In this document: piece by piece, positions 58,181 to 64,000 of the stretch
Numbering within the stretch: the first letter of the stretch is position 1
Layout: each line of letters opens with the position of its first letter
Source of the DNA: an uncultured Bacteroidales bacterium
GTDB lineage: Bacteria; Bacteroidota; Bacteroidia; Bacteroidales; JAADJA01
DNA: 64,000 nucleotides
Assembly (NCBI GenBank): GCA_963708435.1
Contig: CAVPSZ010000036.1
Span: 17,884-81,883, forward strand
Direction of reading: 5' to 3'
Notes under the pieces: model-generated
Database searches by the model: none
What the model was told of the DNA's origin: nothing
What the model saw: the letters and a program-made list of their open reading frames with translations, nothing else
Position numbers and translations under genes: made by a program

Positions 58181-58687
58181 CTATCGTGTAAACGTCTTGA
58201 TTATCCCCTCATGCTGCGGAAACAGTTTTATCAGCCCTTCCCGCGTCCCCAGCTCCAAATCCTCAAAGTCAAACCCTGGTGCAACCGTGCAACCGGCTAA
58301 TGAAAACGATCCTTCACCTCCACCGTATGCCGCAAACCAGCACCCTTTCGGTATCACAGCCTGGAAAACCTCGTTTGCGTCCCCGTCCCTTCCCATCACT
58401 ATTTCCCTCGATTCCCCGCCCGGAAAAATAATCACCAGGTGTATCGCCGATCCCTCGTAGAAATGCCATATTTCATCCGATTTCAGGCGGTGAAAAGCCG
58501 AAAAGTCATTCCTTTCTAAGCAGAAAATAAATGGAAGTGGAAAACGAGCGGTAAGCTTGAGTATCTGTCGGGCAGGTTTTTTTTATGCACAAATTCCTCC
58601 GAGCGGTAAACTTCCCGGTAGTATCCCCCTTCAGGGTGTTTTAATAAGTTTCAGCTTCTCAATCCAGTAACGCGCAGATTCACCCAT
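58181..58687 (-). pseudogene. Cupin-superfamily DUF985-type protein, with at least 3 frameshifts
   Basis: Read across frames, the protein is MGESARYWIEKLKLIK / HPEGGYYREVYRSEEFVHKKNLPDRYS / ..FSTSIYFLLRKE / NDFSAFHRLKSDEIWHFYEGSAIHLVIIFPGGES...APGFDFEDLEL. The shifts lie near 58639-58642, 58545-58565 and 58509-58510. The ATG directly abuts the pyrF stop. Confidence 0.7.
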
Positions 58688-59516
58688 TTACAAAAGGTTA
58701 TTCTCCCCAAGGATAACTTCCATTTTTTGCTGCAGTTCCCTGGCTTTCAATCCTGCCCTTTCTGCAAAATCTTTTTCTTTCGAGGCAAAAATGATCTCCC
58801 TCGACGAATTAACGATCAGTCCGCAATGATCATTCAGTCCATATCTGGCAACCTCCTCCAGGCTTCCTCCCTGTGCCCCGACACCGGGAACCAGCAGGAA
58901 ATGATCGGGTGCAATTTTCCTTATATCGGCAAGCATGTTGGCCTGTGTAGCGCCCACCACATACATCATGTTTTCTGCTGTTGCCCATTGCTGCGATTTG
59001 GTAATCACTTCCTCAAATAATTTCGCCGAAGTATCTTTATTAACCGAAAACTGGAAATCAAACGCCCCTTTATTTGAAGTGAGGGCAAGAAGAATAACCC
59101 ATTTGTTCGGGTATTCAAGGAAAGGACTCACCGAATCGATGCCCATATAAGGCGCAACCGTTACCGCATCAAAATCGAGATTTTCAAAAAAGGCCTTTGC
59201 ATACATCTTCGAGGTATTCCCGATATCTCCCCGCTTGGCATCGGCAATTGTGAACACCTTGTAGTCTTTCAGGTATTCAATTGTTTTTTCGAGACTTTGC
59301 CATCCTTTGGTTCCCGTGGCTTTCATAAAAGGCAAGGTTGAGCTTGTAAGCTATTGCAAACGGATAAGTATGTTGAATGATCAGCTTATTAAATTCAAAG
59401 ACAGGATCATCATAATTCTTCAGAAAGTCAGGTATTTTATTGTAATCACTGTCGAGTCCTACACAAAGAAAGGATTTCTTCTGCCTGATCAGATCAAATA
59501 ATTCTTGGTGTGTCAT
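58688..59516 (-). pseudogene. pyrF: Orotidine 5'-phosphate decarboxylase (type 2), split by one frameshift
   Basis: ORFs 59277-59516 and 58688-59335 overlap at the frameshift. They read ..[10 protein letters not shown]|[12 protein letters not shown].. if the gene-sense AAA (+ strand TTT at 59321-59323) is AA. The motifs are [18 protein letters not shown] and [11 protein letters not shown]. Confidence 0.9.
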
Positions 59517-59523
59517 ATTAGTA

Positions 59524-60600
59524 TTAATATTGACTGATTCCCTCTTTCAGCCTTTCAGCATTTTCAGCAAGCTGCAGTTGATCGATCAGTTCCTGGATAT
59601 TGCCGTCGATAATCGATTGAAGATTATATAAAGTCAACCCGATCCGGTGGTCGGTAACCCGTCCCTGAGGCCAGTTGTAAGTTCTGATTTTTGCTGAGCG
59701 GTCGCCGGTCGATACCATTGTTTTTCTTTTCTTTGAAATATCATCAAGGTATTTCTGATATTCCATTTCATAGATTCTGGTTCTTAAAACCGCCATTGCC
59801 TTTTCATAGTTTTTGATCTGCGATTTCTGATCCTGGCAGGTGGCCACAATTCCGGTGGGTATATGGGTTAATCTGACGGCTGAATAGGTCGTGTTTACTG
59901 ATTGTCCGCCAGGACCGGACGAACAAAACAGATCTTTCCGAATATCATTGGGCTGGATATCAACATCAAATTCATCTGCTTCGGGCAGCACAACCACCGA
60001 TGCAGCCGAAGTGTGAATCCTGCCTTGTGTTTCTGTTTTGGGCACCCTCTGAACCCGGTGCACCCCCGATTCATATTTCATCTGTCCATAAACACCTTCG
60101 CCTTTTACCTCAACAATAATTTCCTTGAAGCCTCCGGCGGTCCCTTCGGTCAAATCAACAAGTTCCAGTTTCCAGTTTTTTGTCTCACAAAATTTTGCAT
60201 ACATCCTGTAAAGATCACCGGCGAAAATACTGGCTTCATCACCCCCAGTTCCCGCCCTGATTTCGAGTATTGCATTTTTGTCATCCTGTGGATCGGCCGG
60301 AATAAGCATAACACGTATTTCTTCCTCCAGATTGTCCTTCTTTGCTATGAGTTCAGAAAGCTCGGTCTTGGCCATCTCCCTGAAATCATCATCCTTTTCT
60401 GTCTTCAGGATTTCTTTGGTCGAAGCTATGTTATCAACTACATTTTTATATTCAAAATAAGCCTTGACTATTTTTTGCAATTCCTTATAATCCTTATTCA
60501 GTTTAATGAACCTTTTCATATCGGCAATCACTGCCGGGTTGTTCATTTCTTCCTCTATCTCTTTGAAGCGTTGATATATTGCGCTCAGTTTCTCCAGCAT
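59524..60600 (-). CDS. prfA: Peptide chain release factor 1
   Basis: It has the GGQ motif (GPGGQSVNT) and an RF1-type PxT loop ([15 protein letters not shown]). I prefer the ATG at 60600 (MLEKLSAIY) over the TTG at 60624. Confidence 0.93.
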   Translation of the reverse strand: MLEKLSAIYQRFKEIEEEMNNPAVIADMKRFIKLNKDYKELQKIVKAYFEYKNVVDNIASTKEILKTEKDDDFREMAKTELSELIAKKDNLEEEIRVMLIPADPQDDKNAILEIRAGTGGDEASIFAGDLYRMYAKFCETKNWKLELVDLTEGTAGGFKEIIVEVKGEGVYGQMKYESGVHRVQRVPKTETQGRIHTSAASVVVLPEADEFDVDIQPNDIRKDLFCSSGPGGQSVNTTYSAVRLTHIPTGIVATCQDQKSQIKNYEKAMAVLRTRIYEMEYQKYLDDISKKRKTMVSTGDRSAKIRTYNWPQGRVTDHRIGLTLYNLQSIIDGNIQELIDQLQLAENAERLKEGISQY

Positions 60601-60765
60601 TCCATACAGTTTAAATCGCAGCAAAAGTACAACAAAATGTCATTTGCAAAAACCCCGGTAATTTGACAGAATCGTAGATTTGCATATTTCAGATTAATGT
60701 TAAATTTGACGAAAATTATTGGAGTGATAAATGCTTTTTTGAATATTATGGGTAACATCCGATTT

Positions 60766-62448
60766 ATGCGGCGAGGTACTTTTCATTATCGCTGTTTTAT
60801 TATTTGGAAAGTCAATAATAGCCCAGATTTCATTTGGAGGGGAACCCCTTAGTTTAAAGCTGGGTTTACAAAATTATGAGATAAGAACATTAATACTACA
60901 AGCGCCCGACCCGGAACAGATTGCTAGAGAAGATTCAATTGCATCACAAGAATTCTTACCCAATCGTTTTGGAATTCTGCTTCCGGTAAATCAAAATCTC
61001 ATTGATCCAGAAAACTTGACGGAGTTACCGGATGGCAGTAAAATTTACAGGTTTAAAATAAAAGTTAACGATGCTTTAGCCGCCGGTCTCTATTACAGTG
61101 ATTTCAGTTTAGCTGAAGGAGCCGAATTATTCATATACGATGAAGCGCATCAGCAAACTAAGGGAGCGTTTACCTCCTTAAACAATAATGAAAGCAGGCT
61201 TTTTGCAACTGAATTGATATATGGTGATGCTGTTATTTTAGAACTGAATTGTACTGAATGGTCTGGAAAATCTTCAGTAAAGATTTCTGAATTTGCCTAC
61301 TGTTACAGGGATATACCAAAATATGTACCCGGTAAGGGATTTGGTAGTTCCGATTTTTGTGAGGTTAATATTTCGTGCAATCCTGAAGGTTTGAACTGGC
61401 AGGATGAAAAAAAGGTGTTATAAGGATTCAGGTCAGGGTTTCTGGATCTGCTTTTTGGTGTACTGGGTCACTGATTAATAACGCAAAAAATGACAATACT
61501 CCATATATTTTAACAGCCGACCACTGCGCCTTCCAGGTTGGGCATTATGCAACAGCAGCTGATTTGAATCAATGGCTTTTTTATTTTAATTATGAATCGC
61601 CTATATGTGAAAATCCGGTGCAGGAACCACCATTGAAAAGCATGGTTGGTGCGTCCAAAATTGCACAGGGCGGAAATCGGGGATATACAGGATCGGATTT
61701 CTATTTAGTCAGGCTTAACCAGCCTGTTCCCAATGAATATAATCCTTATTTCAATGGTTGGTCGGCCATAGATGAAGCCAGTTCTGATGGAGTAACCATT
61801 CATCATCCTGAAGGAGATATTAAAAAGATATCTGTTTATACCACACCAGTTCAAACCTCAACATGGCCGGGTGGTAGCGGAATTCAATCTCACTGGAAAG
61901 TATTCTGGGTTCAAACTGAAAACGGCTGGGGGGTTACAGAAGGAGGTTCATCCGGTTCGCCGCTTTTTAATTCACAGGGTAAAATTATTGGTTCATTGAC
62001 CGGTGGTTATGCAGCATGTGAAGCTTCCGGAGGTACAGGGCCTGATCAACCCGATTTCTATGGAAAATTTTCTTATCACTGGCAATCGAATGGAAACTCC
62101 GACACTGCAATGCTGAAGCCCTGGCTCGACCCTGATAATACCGGAATAACTCAATTGGAAGGTAAACTGTTGGGCGGCATCCATCATGAAACCAAACCAG
62201 GATCAATAAATATTTTTCCCAATCCGACAACAGGTTTAATTAATATTAATTTTACTAATTTTGAACCTTGTGATGTTAACATGGTTATTATAAATAATCT
62301 CGGAAATCCCGTGAAAAATTATTATTGCAGCGATTCTGAAATTGGTTTAACTGCTGATATCTCTGAATTACCGGTCGGTTTTTACACCCTTAAGATGGAT
62401 TATGAAGGTAACTACATTGTAAGAAAAATTGTAAAATGTAATAAATAA
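60766..62448 (+). pseudogene. Secreted trypsin-fold (S1, lysyl-endopeptidase-like) serine protease with a T9SS C-terminal domain; frameshifted
   Basis: The main frame is open over 60743-61423 and continues in ORF 61564-62448 (5'-extended to ~61415). The catalytic His context is YILTADHC and the Ser context is GGSSGSPLF. The CTD is INIFPNPTTGLININF...FYTLKMDYEGNYIVRKIV. The A7 run at 61407-61413 must be A8 to read QDEKKGVIRIQV. The ATG at 60766 also needs a 1-nt correction to join the signal peptide VLFIIAVLLFGKSIIAQ. Confidence 0.75.
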
Positions 62449-62516
62449 GTACATTTAGTGAACTTAGTGGTGCTTCACAATTAATGAAAAAAATTATCCT
62501 TTAAAAAATTTATATA

Positions 62517-63002
62517 ATGGCTAAGCCCGAAACAATTTTTGTGGTTGAGGATGATATTCTTTACCTCAATCTCATCAATAAGGAACTTGAAAAAATGGAA
62601 TATACCAATGTAAAATCCTTTACAACCGGCAAAGAGGCCATACAAAACCTTGACACTAAACCGGATGTAGCGTTGCTTGATTATTTTCTTGAAAAGGATT
62701 TTACAGGCATGGATATCCTGAAAAAACTTAAGCAGCGTTTTCCTGATACCCAGGTAATTTTTCTGACGGCTTCAGATGATATTAATATAGCTGTTGATAC
62801 CATGCGTAATGGCGCCTACGATTATATCGTTAAAGGCGATACTGCATTTATAAGAATAAGGCATTTGCTTAAAAAGATTTCTGAGGAAAATGAACGCAAA
62901 GCCAAAAGCAGGTCTATCATAAGATTCCAGATCATTGTTATATTTGCTATAATAATGATTTCTGTGCTGGGAATTCTATATTTTCATTATTTCATTAACT
63001 AA
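62517..63002 (+). CDS. Stand-alone response-regulator receiver domain with a C-terminal transmembrane helix
   Basis: The CheY-like signatures are VVEDD (acidic pocket), VALLDYFL (phospho-Asp), FLTAS (Thr/Ser) and YIVKG (Lys). The C-terminus is [20 protein letters not shown]. There is no output domain. Confidence 0.75.
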   Translation: MAKPETIFVVEDDILYLNLINKELEKMEYTNVKSFTTGKEAIQNLDTKPDVALLDYFLEKDFTGMDILKKLKQRFPDTQVIFLTASDDINIAVDTMRNGAYDYIVKGDTAFIRIRHLLKKISEENERKAKSRSIIRFQIIVIFAIIMISVLGILYFHYFIN

Positions 63003-63047
63003 AACTGAAATTTTTAAATAATTATTTGTTTATATTGAAGAATGATT

Positions 63048-63055
63048 TACTTTTG
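63048..63055 (+). promoter_or_regulatory. Bacteroidota -7 box (TACTTTTG)
   Basis: A TAnnTTTG match 28 nt upstream of the rpmE2 ATG (63083). Confidence 0.5.
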
Positions 63056-63082
63056 CGCTCCCGAAAATTTAATGATTTAACA

Positions 63083-63349
63083 ATGAAAAAAGATATTCAT
63101 CCAAAGGATTACAGGTTTGTTGTATTTAAAGACATGTCGAACGAATATTCGTTTCTGACCAAATCAACAGCCAAGTCAAAAGAAACAATTGTTTGGGAAG
63201 ACGGTAAAGAGTACCCTTTGATCAAACTGGAGATTTCTCATACATCCCATCCGTTTTTCACTGGCAAAATGAAGCTTGTCGATACAGCAGGCCGTGTGGA
63301 TAAATTCAAGAACAGATATCAAAAGCATTTGGATAAAAAAAATCAATAA
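63083..63349 (+). CDS. rpmE2: 50S ribosomal protein L31, type B (no zinc-binding CxxC)
   Basis: [17 protein letters not shown]...[24 protein letters not shown] matches type B L31. It lacks the Cys pairs of type A L31. Confidence 0.92.
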   Translation: MKKDIHPKDYRFVVFKDMSNEYSFLTKSTAKSKETIVWEDGKEYPLIKLEISHTSHPFFTGKMKLVDTAGRVDKFKNRYQKHLDKKNQ

Positions 63350-63377
63350 TCTCCTGATTATTTAAAAGAAAAAATCC

Positions 63378-63407
63378 AGGCCCTTAAAAAATTGAGGGCT
63401 TTTTTTG
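63378..63407 (+). terminator. Rho-independent terminator after rpmE2
   Basis: AGGCCCTTAA-aaaa-TTGAGGGCT forms a ~10-bp stem with two G-U pairs and is followed by TTTTTTT. Confidence 0.7.
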
Positions 63408-63498
63408 TTTATAATATTTATGGTTAAGAATATAATTCTAAATTTGTATCGGGATTTTTTTATATGTTTTCATTGTTTATTAAAGCCAAAACTTGGTT

Positions 63499-64000
63499 AT
63501 GAACTATATCATGTTTGATGATCAAAGCAGGAATAACTTACTGCCGTTGACTTTTACACGACCTCTGGCGGACATTAGGATAGGAATCCTGACGATCCGA
63601 GAAAAATGGGAAATGCATTTAAAATCGGCAACTTCATCTCTTACTGAGAATTATTTAAGTGCAAAATTTCCAATTATTAAAAACAGTCAGAACTATCTGA
63701 TAAATGGCTCTGTTTGCCCAACCCCATCATTGGTCTCCGAAATAAAATCACTTAGGCAAAATCAGGCCCTGGTTACCAAAGATTCGATCATTGCTCTGCA
63801 TCTTAATGCCGAAGACCTTGATGAATCCGGTGAAATGGATATATCAGGTATTGAGGAAATTCAGACAGAGATTGAACCATTGAAACTGAATGAAGTTTGG
63901 GAAATATTCAGTAAAAATGACGAGGCAATTAAGGCTGATTTTGAGCTTTTGACCAAGAAACGAAAAAGCGAAAAACTGAGCCCCACAAACCACTCTATAG
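63499..64000 (+). CDS. GlmU-like sugar-nucleotidyltransferase family protein (3' end outside the window; not in the ORF track)
   Basis: The frame is open from the ATG at 63499 to the window end. MNYIMFDDQSRNNLLPLTFTRPLADIRIGILTIREKWE is the typical N-terminus of Bacteroidota GlmU-family putative sugar nucleotidyl transferases. Confidence 0.6.
   Translation, partial: MNYIMFDDQSRNNLLPLTFTRPLADIRIGILTIREKWEMHLKSATSSLTENYLSAKFPIIKNSQNYLINGSVCPTPSLVSEIKSLRQNQALVTKDSIIALHLNAEDLDESGEMDISGIEEIQTEIEPLKLNEVWEIFSKNDEAIKADFELLTKKRKSEKLSPTNHSI

Noticed and set aside
59902-60666. A 254-aa ORF on the + strand overlapping prfA.
   Set aside because: The opposite strand encodes a complete RF1 with GGQ and PxT motifs. 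The + strand product is Phe/Ile/Cys-rich with no domain signature, so it is a chance antisense ORF.
1-64000. Search for tRNA, rRNA, tmRNA or riboswitch-like elements in the larger gaps (13419-13745, 29575-29931, 41968-42406).
   Set aside because: I saw no T-loop-type GGTTCRANYCC signatures, no rRNA-like conserved blocks and no recognisable riboswitch cores by eye. This cannot be excluded without Infernal/tRNAscan.

Overview
This 64-kb chromosomal segment reads as a low-GC Bacteroidota genome. The evidence is type IX secretion (T9SS) C-terminal sorting domains on four secreted proteins, PorU-like C25 peptidases, TAnnTTTG -7 promoter boxes, a fused CcsBA, and a GT3-GT35 glycogen enzyme. Most genes are housekeeping or envelope genes: valS, def, ruvX, dapD, tsaC, pyrF, prfA, rpmE2, an arginine-to-polyamine cluster, a KAS III, a 2-oxoacid dehydrogenase E1, and a tricorn-like protease. 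I saw no rRNA, tRNA, CRISPR array or intact mobile element; the only mobile-element trace is an orphan IS1595-type zinc-ribbon fragment. Four loci look most interesting. (1) A TPR-CHAT caspase-like protease that appears extracytoplasmic lies tail-to-tail with an ECF sigma / TPR anti-sigma pair. (2) An AmmeMemoRadiSam locus has a Memo-AMMECR1 fusion and a radical SAM enzyme that both carry export-type N-termini, and the radical SAM gene appears co-transcribed with a polytopic spermidine-synthase-like protein. (3) Two tandem PorU-like C25 peptidase paralogs. (4) Three tandem thioredoxins with CRPC, CKPC and CGPC active sites. At least nine genes are broken by +/-1 frameshifts, and most of the junctions I reconstructed can be repaired inside mononucleotide runs. 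The shifts are very dense at 51.0-52.4 kb and 58.4-58.7 kb. Sequencing or assembly error is the simplest explanation, but local gene decay cannot be excluded from sequence alone.
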